DNA of 64,000 bases from Candidatus Paceibacter sp. (GCA_013360865.1 JABWAS010000004.1:412-64411), one strand, 5' to 3'; shown: positions 18,794 to 28,053, counted from the stretch's first letter. Notes: generated by a model not told the origin, from the letters alone. Numbers and translations are program-made.

Positions 18794-19030
18794 ATGCCAA
18801 AAATCGTTCACAACATAGAAGGCTGTATCGGGTGCGGTTCTTGCGCGGCGGTTTGCCCGAAATTTTGGGACATGGATTACGAAAAAGCCAAAGCTGTTTT
18901 AAAGGGCGGCAAAATAAATGACGCTGGTAATGAGTCCGAACTGGAAATAACTGATAACGAAGAAGATATTAAATGCAACCAAGAGGCGGCGGATGTTTGC
19001 CCGACGCAAGTAATTAAAATTATAAAATAA
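18794..19030 (+). CDS. 4Fe-4S ferredoxin
   Basis: 78 aa; CIGCGSCAAVCP and C...CPTQ motifs. Confidence 0.65.
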   Translation: MPKIVHNIEGCIGCGSCAAVCPKFWDMDYEKAKAVLKGGKINDAGNESELEITDNEEDIKCNQEAADVCPTQVIKIIK

Positions 19031-19032
19031 GA

Positions 19033-19956
19033 ATGACATACGATTTAATTATCATCGGCGGTGCGACCACCGGCCTGACGGCCGGCATTTACGCCGCGAG
19101 GAAAAAGTTGAATGCCCTAATTGTCACCGAAGAAGTCGGCGGCCAGACGTTGCTGACGGACAACATAGAAAATTATCCCGGGTTTGAATCCGTCTCCGGA
19201 CACGAACTGATAAATAAAATAAAAAATCAGGTTAAGAAATACGGTTTGCCGATAATGGAAGGCAAAGAGGTTGAGTCGGTTGAAAAAAGCGGAGATTTAT
19301 TTGCCGTAAAAATAAAGGGCGGGGAAGCACTATCCGCTAAAACAATCATTATCGCCACGGGGAAAAATCCCCGGCGCCTCAATGTGCCGGGCGAAAATGA
19401 ATTTGAGAATAAGGGTGTAGTTTATTGCTCCACCTGCGACGCTCCGCTTTTCGGCGGCAAGGACGTAGTGGTGGCGGGCGGAGGAAACTCCGGCCTCAAT
19501 TCTGCTTTTGACTTGCTGAAGTACGCCAACAAAATTTACGTTATGGAAAGCTCGGACAAGTTTCTGGGCGACGAGTTCCTGCAGGAAAAATTAAGACAAA
19601 GCGACAAGGTGGAATTTATAACCAACGCCGACATCAAAGAAATAAAAGGCGGCGGTTTTATGGAAAAGGTAGTTTATTTTGATAAAAAAGAAAATAAAGA
19701 AAAAGAGCTGACGGCGCAGGGAATTTTCGTAAATATCGGCTGGATTCCTGCGACTAATTTTATAAAAGGTTTTGTTGAATTAAATAATTGGGGTGAAGTA
19801 GTTATTGATCCCAAAACCAATCAAACTTCAGTAAAAGGTGTTTTTGCCGCCGGCGACGCGACGGACGTAAAATACAAACAGTGCGTCATCGCCGCCGGAG
19901 AAGCCGCAAAAGCGGCCTTGTCGGCGTACGAGTATCTGAAAAACATCAAAAACTAA
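19033..19956 (+). CDS. Thioredoxin reductase-like FAD/NAD(P) flavoprotein (possibly ferredoxin-dependent)
   Basis: 307 aa; FAD-binding DLIIIGGATTGLTAG, redox CSTC motif, second dinucleotide fold VVVAGGGNSG; 2 nt after ferredoxin gene. Confidence 0.7.
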   Translation: MTYDLIIIGGATTGLTAGIYAARKKLNALIVTEEVGGQTLLTDNIENYPGFESVSGHELINKIKNQVKKYGLPIMEGKEVESVEKSGDLFAVKIKGGEALSAKTIIIATGKNPRRLNVPGENEFENKGVVYCSTCDAPLFGGKDVVVAGGGNSGLNSAFDLLKYANKIYVMESSDKFLGDEFLQEKLRQSDKVEFITNADIKEIKGGGFMEKVVYFDKKENKEKELTAQGIFVNIGWIPATNFIKGFVELNNWGEVVIDPKTNQTSVKGVFAAGDATDVKYKQCVIAAGEAAKAALSAYEYLKNIKN

Positions 19957-20098
19957 AAATAAAAACAACCGTTTGTGGAGTTGACAATTTATATGTTTTA
20001 ATGCTAATTTTTATTTGATTCTATTGTTCTTTAATAGTTTTATAAGAGTTAAAAACGTTAACTAAAAATTCATTTGAGGAAAGAAAGGAGAATGCTTT

Positions 20099-22396
20099 GT
20101 GAACGATAAATTATCTTTGTGTCACAGAATTGCCAAAAAATTATTTATCTACATCAACAATCACAATGGAGAAAAAAAAGATAGAGTTCTAAGGGACGAG
20201 CAAATGGCTGTTTTTGGAGAAATGGCAGAATTTTTTAACCGCGGAGAGCATGAAGGTTATATCAAGCTTCCTACGGGAGTTGGTAAAACTGTTTTATTCA
20301 TTGAGTTTCTTAAGGCAACGGGATTAAAGTCCATAATAGTAGTGCCAACCAATGTAATAACGGATCAAACAAAGAATCGGATAGAAGAATTTGCAGATAG
20401 TCTCGATTACGGAATTATAAACGCTTATGAAAAGGATTATGGCAAAACAATATCTATCACCACTTACAAGTCGCTTATACTCCAAGTAAGTAGCGGAAAA
20501 ATAAGTCCTAAAGATTATGAATGCGTCATTCTGGATGAAGCGCATAAAGCTCTTGGAAAAAAAGTGACAGAGATAATCAAACTTTTTCCTGAAGCCGTTA
20601 AAATTGGCTTTACCGCTACTCCACGTTATTCTGACGACAAGCATTTAGCTCACTTATTAACTAATGAAATAACGAGCATGTCAGTTCGTTCAGCGATTGA
20701 GGGTGGCTTGTTGTCAGGTTGTTCTGTTGTTTTTGCAATGACAGAAGTCAATATCTCACAGGTAAGCGTGCAAAATGGAAACTATTGCGAAGGAGAACTT
20801 GTAAAAGCCATAAATATTGAAAGCAGGAACTTTGGCGCTGTCGATATTTATAAGAAAATGTTTTCAGGCAAGAGTTCTATTGTGTATTGCGCAAGCATAA
20901 AACATGCTGAACAGGTTGCTTCATTATTTCAGAGTAATGAAATACCAGCCAGGGCGATAAGTTCTAAAAACAATAACAAAGAAAGGGAAAGCATGCTGAG
21001 AGATTTTTCTTCGGGAAAGATCAAGGTCTTATGTAATGCCGACCTCTTGATTCATGGTTTTGATGAGAAAAAGGCAAGTGTTTGCATAAATCTTTGTCCT
21101 ACTCTTTCGCTTGTTGTTGCGGAACAGAGAGCTGGGCGAGTCTTGAGACTGGATAATGAGAATCCGGATAAAGAGGCTTTTGTTGTTGATTTCTTGGATG
21201 TTACCAGAGCAAGCGCTTACCAACCAATCAGCTTTGCCGAGATATTAAACGGAGCAGATGTCAGGGGGCGAACCAACAGTCGCGACAATCGCCATAATAA
21301 TCAGTTTGTTGGCGGCAACGGCCATGATTTTAGCATTGGTAAAATAAAAGTAATCGCCAATGCTGAAATAATAATGAGAGTTATAAACGAGAGAAGGTTG
21401 CTAAGAAAGGCGACTAACAATTGGCTCAACTACGCTCAGTTTAAAGACTCGATAACCCGCGCTTTCGCTGAAATGATGGGCAGCAATTGGTCGGTCGAAA
21501 TAATGGGTGGCTTTATCGAAAAAATTAAAGAAGCCGAACCAGGCTGGTTTAGTGAAAGCAAAGAAGGCGAAAGTCTTAATTATTTTTGCGATCCTGCGCT
21601 TGTAAATTCCCTAAAAGCAGAATTTAAAAAAATAACTTCAGTGTGGATTAACCAAATCGACTTGGCGGAAAGATTAAAAATCAGTGAAATTGCTTTATTG
21701 GAGTTCGCACGTGTTATTAATGGTAATCTCGAAGAGGGTATTATCATTGATAAGATTGTAAACATTGACGGTAGGGAAGAAAAGATTCATTACATCCCGA
21801 GAAACATTCTCATGAAAAGGGTAAATGGAGTTAGGTTGGTGTATTTTTCGCCTAAGATGGTAAATTTGCTTGAGATAGAATTAAGAAAGAGCTCAGGTTC
21901 AGGACAAAGTAAACACGACGACAGTTCTTACCTAACAGAAGAAGAGTTAATAAATTTTCTTCTTACTAGTTTTGGTATGAGTGGTGACACAGAGGCCCAA
22001 GTCAAAATAAAGTCTTTTATTAGAAATTTTTTAAAAAAAGACCGCATTAGAGTAAAAAATCCTTTTTGGTTCCGCAATAAGGTTGTTATCAGGGAATCTT
22101 ATTCACCGGAATTCATTGAATTAATTAAGGGAGAAGTTAAAAATAAAGTTTACAATGACGAAAACGCAACCGGCGTTCACCAAAAGAATATCTTACTTTA
22201 TATGTGCAGAGAAAGGGGTATAAGTGTTCCTAGCTTCACTTTTACCATTACAGGACCGGACAATAGTCCTACTCATAGTTGTTTGTGTTTTCTGAATGAC
22301 GGCGGGAAAGTTATTAAAACAACCGGAACAGCCAAAACAAAAGCAGAGTCGAAAAAAATAGCAATAACAGAAATGTGTTCGTTATTGCGGTCTTAA
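20099..22396 (+). CDS. SF2 DEAH-box helicase (ResIII-like core) with ~330-aa unknown middle region and C-terminal dsRBD-like domain
   Basis: 765 aa; GTG start with AAAGGAG RBS; motif I LPTGVGKT, II ILDEAH, III FTATP, VI QRAGRVLR; C-terminal ~65 aa (SVPSFTFTITGPDNSPTHSCLCFLNDGGKVIKTTGTAKTKAESKKIAITEMCSLL) fits dsRBM alpha-beta3-alpha consensus; ~32% GC. Confidence 0.65.
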   Translation: MNDKLSLCHRIAKKLFIYINNHNGEKKDRVLRDEQMAVFGEMAEFFNRGEHEGYIKLPTGVGKTVLFIEFLKATGLKSIIVVPTNVITDQTKNRIEEFADSLDYGIINAYEKDYGKTISITTYKSLILQVSSGKISPKDYECVILDEAHKALGKKVTEIIKLFPEAVKIGFTATPRYSDDKHLAHLLTNEITSMSVRSAIEGGLLSGCSVVFAMTEVNISQVSVQNGNYCEGELVKAINIESRNFGAVDIYKKMFSGKSSIVYCASIKHAEQVASLFQSNEIPARAISSKNNNKERESMLRDFSSGKIKVLCNADLLIHGFDEKKASVCINLCPTLSLVVAEQRAGRVLRLDNENPDKEAFVVDFLDVTRASAYQPISFAEILNGADVRGRTNSRDNRHNNQFVGGNGHDFSIGKIKVIANAEIIMRVINERRLLRKATNNWLNYAQFKDSITRAFAEMMGSNWSVEIMGGFIEKIKEAEPGWFSESKEGESLNYFCDPALVNSLKAEFKKITSVWINQIDLAERLKISEIALLEFARVINGNLEEGIIIDKIVNIDGREEKIHYIPRNILMKRVNGVRLVYFSPKMVNLLEIELRKSSGSGQSKHDDSSYLTEEELINFLLTSFGMSGDTEAQVKIKSFIRNFLKKDRIRVKNPFWFRNKVVIRESYSPEFIELIKGEVKNKVYNDENATGVHQKNILLYMCRERGISVPSFTFTITGPDNSPTHSCLCFLNDGGKVIKTTGTAKTKAESKKIAITEMCSLLRS

Positions 22397-22431
22397 ATGA
22401 AATTTTGTTTGATTTGAAATGTTAACAAAAA

Positions 22432-22470
22432 AAAGGGGGGCAAAAGAACATTGCCCTCCTTAATTTTTTG
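22432..22470. terminator. Bidirectional hairpin terminator between helicase gene and ftsZ
   Basis: AGGGGGGCAA-aagaaca-TTGCCCTCCT followed by TAATTTTTT. Confidence 0.6.
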
Positions 22471-22481
22471 AATAAGCTTGT

Positions 22482-23642
22482 TTATTTATTCCTTCTCAAA
22501 AAAGCCGGAATCATGTCCCAAGAGTCGTTGTCCTTGTCTTTATCTTCCTTTTTTGGCGTGAACATTTCTTTTTCTTCTTTGGGTTTGTCACGGAAATCTT
22601 TGAAGATTTTCGGTTCTTTGTTTTCGGTTGCCGGAGCGGTTTCCGTCTGGAAAGAAAACGGCTTCTTGATATTATTGGTTTTCGGCTCGGTGGGGAAGCC
22701 GGTGGCGATGACCGTTACCTTAACTTCGCCTTTCTTCAGCCTCTCGTCGTTTATCGTTCCGAAGATTACCTTGGCGTCGGGGTCTATTGATTCGGTGATG
22801 ACGCCGGCAGCGTTTTGAATTTCCACCATCGTGAGGTCTGGTCCGCCGGAGATGGCAAAGAGCACGCCCTTGGCTCCGTCTATTGTGATGTCCAACAAGG
22901 GGGAGTTTATAGCCATTCTGGCGGCTTCTTCGGCCCTTTTTTCCCCCTGGCCGGTGCCTATGCCCATCAAAGCCGAGCCGGCGTTTTGCATTACGGTTCT
23001 GACGTCGGCGAAGTCAACGTTGATGATGCCGGGCATCGTGATAAGGTCGGAAATTCCTTCCACGGCCTGTTTGAGGACGTCGTCGCACATCTGGAAAGCG
23101 GAAAGAAAAGTCGTGTCCTTGCCGACGATGCTCAAAAGCCGGTCGTTGGGTATGGCGATCATGGCGTCAACGGAGTCCTTCAGATTTTCCACTCCCAATT
23201 CCGCCAGCCTTGTTCTCTGCATTCCTTCAAAACCGAAAGGTTTGGTAACAACGCCGATGGTGAGTATCCCTTGCTCTTTGGCGATTTTGGCCACGACCGG
23301 TCCGGCGCCCGTTCCCGTGGCTCCGCCGAGCCCGCAGGCCACGAATACCATGTCGGCGCCTTTGATTGTTTCCTGCAGAGCTTCTTTTGTTTCTTCCGCG
23401 GCGCGTTTGCCGAGTTCGGGGTTCATGCCGCCGCCCAGTCCGCGGGTGACGTTTTTGCCGATATGGATTTTTTTGGAGGCCAGGCTGTGGTGGAGCTTCT
23501 GGGCGTCGGTGTCAACGGTGATGAAGTCAATGTTTCTGACTTTGGAGCGCACCATATGATTGACGGAATTAGTGCCGGAGTTGCCGACGCCTATCACTTT
23601 TATTCTGGCGAAAGATTCTATTTCCGGGTTGATTTTGGACAT
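22482..23642 (-). CDS. ftsZ: Cell division protein FtsZ
   Basis: 386 aa; tubulin signature GGGTGTGAGP, N-terminal GVGNSGTN. Confidence 0.95.
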   Translation of the reverse strand: MSKINPEIESFARIKVIGVGNSGTNSVNHMVRSKVRNIDFITVDTDAQKLHHSLASKKIHIGKNVTRGLGGGMNPELGKRAAEETKEALQETIKGADMVFVACGLGGATGTGAGPVVAKIAKEQGILTIGVVTKPFGFEGMQRTRLAELGVENLKDSVDAMIAIPNDRLLSIVGKDTTFLSAFQMCDDVLKQAVEGISDLITMPGIINVDFADVRTVMQNAGSALMGIGTGQGEKRAEEAARMAINSPLLDITIDGAKGVLFAISGGPDLTMVEIQNAAGVITESIDPDAKVIFGTINDERLKKGEVKVTVIATGFPTEPKTNNIKKPFSFQTETAPATENKEPKIFKDFRDKPKEEKEMFTPKKEDKDKDNDSWDMIPAFLRRNK

Positions 23643-23756
23643 GTTGCTTTACAGTCTATGCTCTTACGTAAAAAAGGTCAACACCCTGTGAAATGATTTT
23701 AAATTGAAAATTTAAAATCAAATTTCGGCATTAAAGCCAAAATTTATTTCACGGGG

Positions 23757-24965
23757 CTAAGGGAGAAGACCATGCAGCCATTTTTTTACGGTGCCGAATA
23801 TTTTTTTGGCCGGTTCGCCTTCCTTTTCCCCGTCCGCGTCAAAAACATTTTCGCCCGCGCCGCAGACGCAAAGTCCGAGCGCTACGGACCAGCCAGGGTC
23901 GTTAAGCAGCTGGTCGCGCAGGTTGTTGGTGGGGGCGGTGATGTTTAAAGAATTGGCGGAATAAGGAAGCAACGAGCCAACTTTTGCCGGTAGACGAAGA
24001 GATGCCCTGGCTATATCCTGAAGATTAAACAGATTGGAACCGCTTCCGGTCATTATGATTCCGGCAGGAAGAACTTGGTGGCGGTTTATTTTTTTAAGAT
24101 GGCTTTCTATCATTTCAAAAATGTCGTTCAGCCGGGCTTCTATTATGTCGGCCAGTTTTTTCTTCAGCCCGGGGGAGTCGGAGCCGTAGTTCATTTTCAT
24201 TTTTTCCGCTTCGTCCAGCGGCACCTGCAGTCCGAGGGCGATGTCGTTGGTTATGTGCGAAGAACCGATGGGGAAGACCTCCAACGATATCGGCAGGCCG
24301 TCCTCAAAGACGACCACGGAAACGGTGCTGGCGCCGATGTTTACCAGAACGCAGCCGGTTTCTTTCTGCTGTCTTGTCAGCACCGAGCAACTGGTGGCCA
24401 GGGGCGAAGCGATTATGTCGTCTATTACCAGCCCGGCCGCCTCCACTGTTTTTTCCAGGTTGGAAAAATGCAGATTGAGGCAGGTGACGAAAAGCGTTTC
24501 CACCTCAAGTTTAGTGCCTTTCATTTCGGTCGGGCGGCCGTGGACCAGGGCGTTGTCAACTTTAAACTGCAAAGGAATGGAGTGGATTATTTTTTTGTTG
24601 GCGACGTTGGCGAGATTGGATTCGCTTTGGGCGACGAGGCGTTTGATGTCGTGCTCGGTTATTTCGCCGTCGGCGGTGGAAGTGCGGATTGTTCCCTTGG
24701 CCCGGGCGGAGCCGAGGCTTATCCCGCCCACGGAAACCACGGCGCTTCTTATGGAGGAGCCGGAAATTTTTTCCAGATTTTTGATGGTGGAAGAAATCGT
24801 CCGCGAAGCGCTCTCTAGATTGGTGATGTAGCCCTTGCGCACCCCTTCCGACTCTTTCTGCGCCGCCGCGACAATATGCAAAGAACCGTCCTTTTTTTGT
24901 TCGACGGAGATGGCTCTTACGCTTGAGCTTCCGATATCAAGACCGGTGATTATTTTTCTGGCCAT
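23757..24965 (-). CDS. ftsA: Cell division protein FtsA
   Basis: 402 aa; actin-fold ITGLDIGSSSVRAI N-terminus; directly upstream of ftsZ. Confidence 0.85.
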   Translation of the reverse strand: MARKIITGLDIGSSSVRAISVEQKKDGSLHIVAAAQKESEGVRKGYITNLESASRTISSTIKNLEKISGSSIRSAVVSVGGISLGSARAKGTIRTSTADGEITEHDIKRLVAQSESNLANVANKKIIHSIPLQFKVDNALVHGRPTEMKGTKLEVETLFVTCLNLHFSNLEKTVEAAGLVIDDIIASPLATSCSVLTRQQKETGCVLVNIGASTVSVVVFEDGLPISLEVFPIGSSHITNDIALGLQVPLDEAEKMKMNYGSDSPGLKKKLADIIEARLNDIFEMIESHLKKINRHQVLPAGIIMTGSGSNLFNLQDIARASLRLPAKVGSLLPYSANSLNITAPTNNLRDQLLNDPGWSVALGLCVCGAGENVFDADGEKEGEPAKKIFGTVKKWLHGLLP

Positions 24966-25132
24966 GTCAAATTTGCCATTATCCTTTGATTATACAATAT
25001 TATAAACCATCGCTTCCCGAATAGGAATTGTGAATAATAGCTTATTTTACGACATTTGCATGGAATGTCCGGCTTATTTGCTCAAAGATTATTTTCAACC
25101 TAATATTTTTAATTGTTTTAACTCCTCCTTTT

Positions 25133-25939
25133 TCAGGTGAAGCTGTCGCTATTCCTTTTTGTCGCTATTCCTTTTTGTTGCAGCTCTGATTCATAAATTG
25201 GAACTATAAAGTCTGCGGCTGCTTTTAGTTTTGAAGAAGATTGTCTGCCTCTTTTTTCTGGCGGGTATCCTTTGATAAACTCAATTACCCCAGCCTGCTT
25301 GCCTTTATGTTTAATTCTTTGGATTGATGGAATGCTGTCCGCATCCCCAGAAATTATCAGTGCGACATCATATATATCAGCAAGAGTAACCATGTCAACC
25401 GCCAAGGAAGTATCAATACCTTTCTCGTATAAATTTTTATTTAGTATGTCTACTTTTAAATGACCACAAGCAATAATATCTATAAAATCAGTTCCAGAGC
25501 TAACACCAAAATGAAAATCACGCAACCCATCAACATATTTTTTCTTTTGGTTATACCACGTGCTAATCTCGCTGAAACAAAGACGCCATGCTTCGCTAGC
25601 TAATTCTATTGGCGATGCTTCTGTTGAAGATAAATTGCTCCCCGCCAATGCCAAATATTTACGCTGCAGATCTTTGTCAGATTTAAACCAGTCCAAAAGC
25701 TGATTCTTAGATTCTGGTTCATCCAGTTTCCAAATATCAATTGAACCGACCGCGTACCAAAGCACCCTAATCAAACGAGCTTGTCCATAACCTCCGCCCA
25801 TTACAGAGGAGCTCCAGGAATCTATAGCCTGTTTTAAAATATAGTTTAAAAAAGTTCCGTACTCTTTAACACGCAAATTAAGATACTTTAGAGAGCCTGT
25901 AAGGTTTGAACCGTCAACGAATATAATAAACCTAGTCAT
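25133..25939 (-). CDS. NYN/LabA-like (PIN-fold) ribonuclease domain protein
   Basis: 268 aa; IFVDGSNL...EKGIDTSLAVDM...ALIISGDADSIPSIQRIKHKGKQAGVI matches NYN domain Asp arrangement; ~33% GC. Confidence 0.65.
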   Translation of the reverse strand: MTRFIIFVDGSNLTGSLKYLNLRVKEYGTFLNYILKQAIDSWSSSVMGGGYGQARLIRVLWYAVGSIDIWKLDEPESKNQLLDWFKSDKDLQRKYLALAGSNLSSTEASPIELASEAWRLCFSEISTWYNQKKKYVDGLRDFHFGVSSGTDFIDIIACGHLKVDILNKNLYEKGIDTSLAVDMVTLADIYDVALIISGDADSIPSIQRIKHKGKQAGVIEFIKGYPPEKRGRQSSSKLKAAADFIVPIYESELQQKGIATKRNSDSFT

Positions 25940-26411
25940 TGAATTATATCAAATAAATAACAGCCTTAATATTAAATGGCAACTTTATAATTTTTTAAAT
26001 TATGTTCCCAAATCCTGATAACTTTCCAACCTAATTTTTTATAATAATTGTTTACTTCCTTGTCTCTTTGTTTATTTCTTTCAATTTTTAGCAACCAGTA
26101 ATTTTTTCTTGTTAACGGCAAACGACAATGTTTTCTGCAGCCATGCCAGGAACATTCATCACTTCGTCGTTAAACTTTCGGATTATGCCGTCCTCGTTTC
26201 TAAAACCGCCCTTCTCGGCTTGCAAGCCAAGTTAATTTAAAAAGATCTTCTCCGGTTGTATGAAATTCAAATAATGCATCCGCACCTTCTTTTTCAACAC
26301 TAATCATATTTTCGTCTTTTAAACAATCAACTGTAATCAATCCGTTTTTATCACAAATGTCGATTATTTCTTGGAGTGTATAATCTTTATCTTTCGTAAA
26401 AATATCCATAA

Positions 26412-27116
26412 CTACAAATAGCAAACAAACATCATTATTTTGTCGTGCTTTTTCAAATTGCATACAGCACAAAGTAATCTGATATTTTTTTCTGTCAAAC
26501 TTGTTCCCCCTTTTGCGTATGGCAAATCGTGGTCATAGTGTAGGTTTTCTGCTGAACCACATATAACGCATTTTCCTCTATCTCTTTCCCAAACTTTCAC
26601 CTTTACCGATGTTGGTATAAGTCGGTTAAACGGTAAATCCTCAACACGATTAAAAATTTTGGTCAAAACCGGTTTCAAATAAAACTTGAAAACGTTTCTT
26701 TTACCGTCCGACACTTGCTTAACATCAATCAATTGAAAAAATCCTTTTATTGACCAAACGCCAACGTCAATTTTTTCATAAACTTTCACAAGTTCTGGGT
26801 CTTTTTTTAAACCGCTTTTGAAATCCATTGCCGCTTTGTAAAATTTTCCATTCTCTGTCCAAGTTCCATTTGGCGTTTCAAGTGGTTGGTCTTTTTCTTT
26901 TGGGTCAATTCCACCTTCGGCTCTGGCATCGTGCCCTTCGTAAATTAAATTTCCGTTTTCATCAAATCCATCATTATAAACCGCATCTTTCCTTTGCGAC
27001 ATCAACAAAATTGAATGTTTTCTTTTACCATCGGAAAAAACCATGCCGCGTTGCAGCGGCATTTTTTCCATTGCCACCATTTCGTGATATGAAATTATTT
27101 TATCGCTGTCTTGCAT
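26412..27116 (-). CDS. HNH endonuclease with ~170-aa uncharacterised N-terminal domain
   Basis: 234 aa; C-terminal CVICGSAENLHYDHDLPYAKGG...LLCAVCNLKKHDK HNH/zinc motif; start 4 nt after stop of truncated MTase fragment. Confidence 0.7.
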   Translation of the reverse strand: MQDSDKIISYHEMVAMEKMPLQRGMVFSDGKRKHSILLMSQRKDAVYNDGFDENGNLIYEGHDARAEGGIDPKEKDQPLETPNGTWTENGKFYKAAMDFKSGLKKDPELVKVYEKIDVGVWSIKGFFQLIDVKQVSDGKRNVFKFYLKPVLTKIFNRVEDLPFNRLIPTSVKVKVWERDRGKCVICGSAENLHYDHDLPYAKGGTSLTEKNIRLLCAVCNLKKHDKIMMFVCYL

Positions 27117-27118
27117 AT

Positions 27119-27352
27119 TTATATTTTGATTAAATCGCCGTAATTTTTTTCTTCTTCGCCGAAAAAATCCCTGTAAGTTTTTACAGCGTTTTTATCTATT
27201 TCAGAAAACCCGACGCATTTCATTCCCAAGTTTTCAAGCCCGAGACGACCTCCGCCAATCCCGGCGCAAAAATCCATAAATTTAATTTTGTCACTAATCA
27301 TACTTTGTATTATATAAGAAATGACACAATATAAAATATTTTCATCTAGCAA
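27119..27352 (-). pseudogene. Truncated DNA cytosine-5 methyltransferase (N-terminal 77 aa only)
   Basis: Motif I FMDFCAGIGGGRLGLE and motif II/III region (CVGFSEIDKNAVKTY...GDLIKI) then stop; no PCQ (motif IV) or ENV follows. Confidence 0.6.
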
Positions 27353-27367
27353 TTGCGGGTAATTGTT

Positions 27368-27706
27368 TCAATCGGCAGACATTATTTTCTCCCAGTTTTT
27401 GGGGTGGAGTCCTCTCATCAGCGCCGCCTCGCTGTCGTCCATTTCTTCGCCGTGCTTGAAGCCCTTGAGATGCAGGAGAGAATGGATAAAAAGATAGTCG
27501 CCGTAATTTTTGCGGCGGTAGTTTTCGTTTATTAAAATTTCTCCGGAATTTTCAGAGAGAGGGAAGGAGAGGACATTGGCGGAATAATCTTTATGCCGGT
27601 AAATTTTGTTGAGTTTTGTCATTTCCTCCGGCGCGGCAAAGGCAAAACTCAAATCATAGTCTTTCCCCAAGACCTGATTTTTAAGTTTTAGCCAGCTTTG
27701 CTTCAT
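27368..27706 (-). CDS. ybeY: rRNA maturation endoribonuclease YbeY
   Basis: 112 aa; HSLLHLKGFKHGEE (H..H....H zinc motif). Confidence 0.8.
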   Translation of the reverse strand: MKQSWLKLKNQVLGKDYDLSFAFAAPEEMTKLNKIYRHKDYSANVLSFPLSENSGEILINENYRRKNYGDYLFIHSLLHLKGFKHGEEMDDSEAALMRGLHPKNWEKIMSAD

Positions 27707-27723
27707 GGTTTTAGAAAAGGCAC

Positions 27724-27810
27724 AAGAAACAAATTTTGAAAATCCTGGGCGGGGGCGGCCGGCCGAGTCTGCGAGCCTGCCTGCCGGCAGGCAGGGCTGG
27801 GGCTAGAGGA
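27724..27810. repeat. MITE-like element with 13-14 bp terminal inverted repeats (TTTTGAAAATCCT ... AGGATTTTCCAAAA) and central palindrome CCTGCCTGCCGGCAGGCAGG
   Basis: Related copies at 60553..60680 (inverse orientation, longer) and core at 36008..36028. Confidence 0.75.
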
Positions 27811-27837
27811 TTTTCCAAAATTTGGTTTCTGAAGCCT

Positions 27838-28053
27838 TTACTCTATAATACCTAGTTTCCTCAAGAGCTCGCCTTTTTTCTTTGAGGCTTCTCTTTTGAG
27901 CGCGTCTTCTTTTTTCTTCAGCTCCGATTTCGGCCTGTTTCTGAAGCGCATGCTTTTTATCCGGCTGATGTTGCCGGACTGCTTCACCCTCTGGCTGAAT
28001 CTTCTAAGAAGGCTCAACGCTGTTTCGTTTTCTTTTCTTTTTACTTCAAGCAT
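27838..28053 (-). CDS. rpsU: 30S ribosomal protein S21
   Basis: 71 aa, basic; MLEVKRKENE...LRRFSQRVKQSG... typical S21. Confidence 0.8.
   Translation of the reverse strand: MLEVKRKENETALSLLRRFSQRVKQSGNISRIKSMRFRNRPKSELKKKEDALKREASKKKGELLRKLGIIE

Noticed and set aside
22815-24831. Long plus-strand ORFs (22815..23696, 22831..23559, 24075..24818, 24241..24831) overlapping ftsZ/ftsA
   Set aside because: They are antisense to clearly identified ftsZ/ftsA. They have the GC-rich, low-complexity (Gly/Ala/Val/His-rich) composition typical of spurious frames in GC-rich genes.
26200-26472. 90-aa ORF and adjacent frame (…NDEVMNVPGM…) as definite C-terminal remnants of the split C5-MTase
   Set aside because: The similarity to motifs IV/VI (PCQ/ENV) is too weak by eye. 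It is kept only as a possibility within the HNH/MTase finding.
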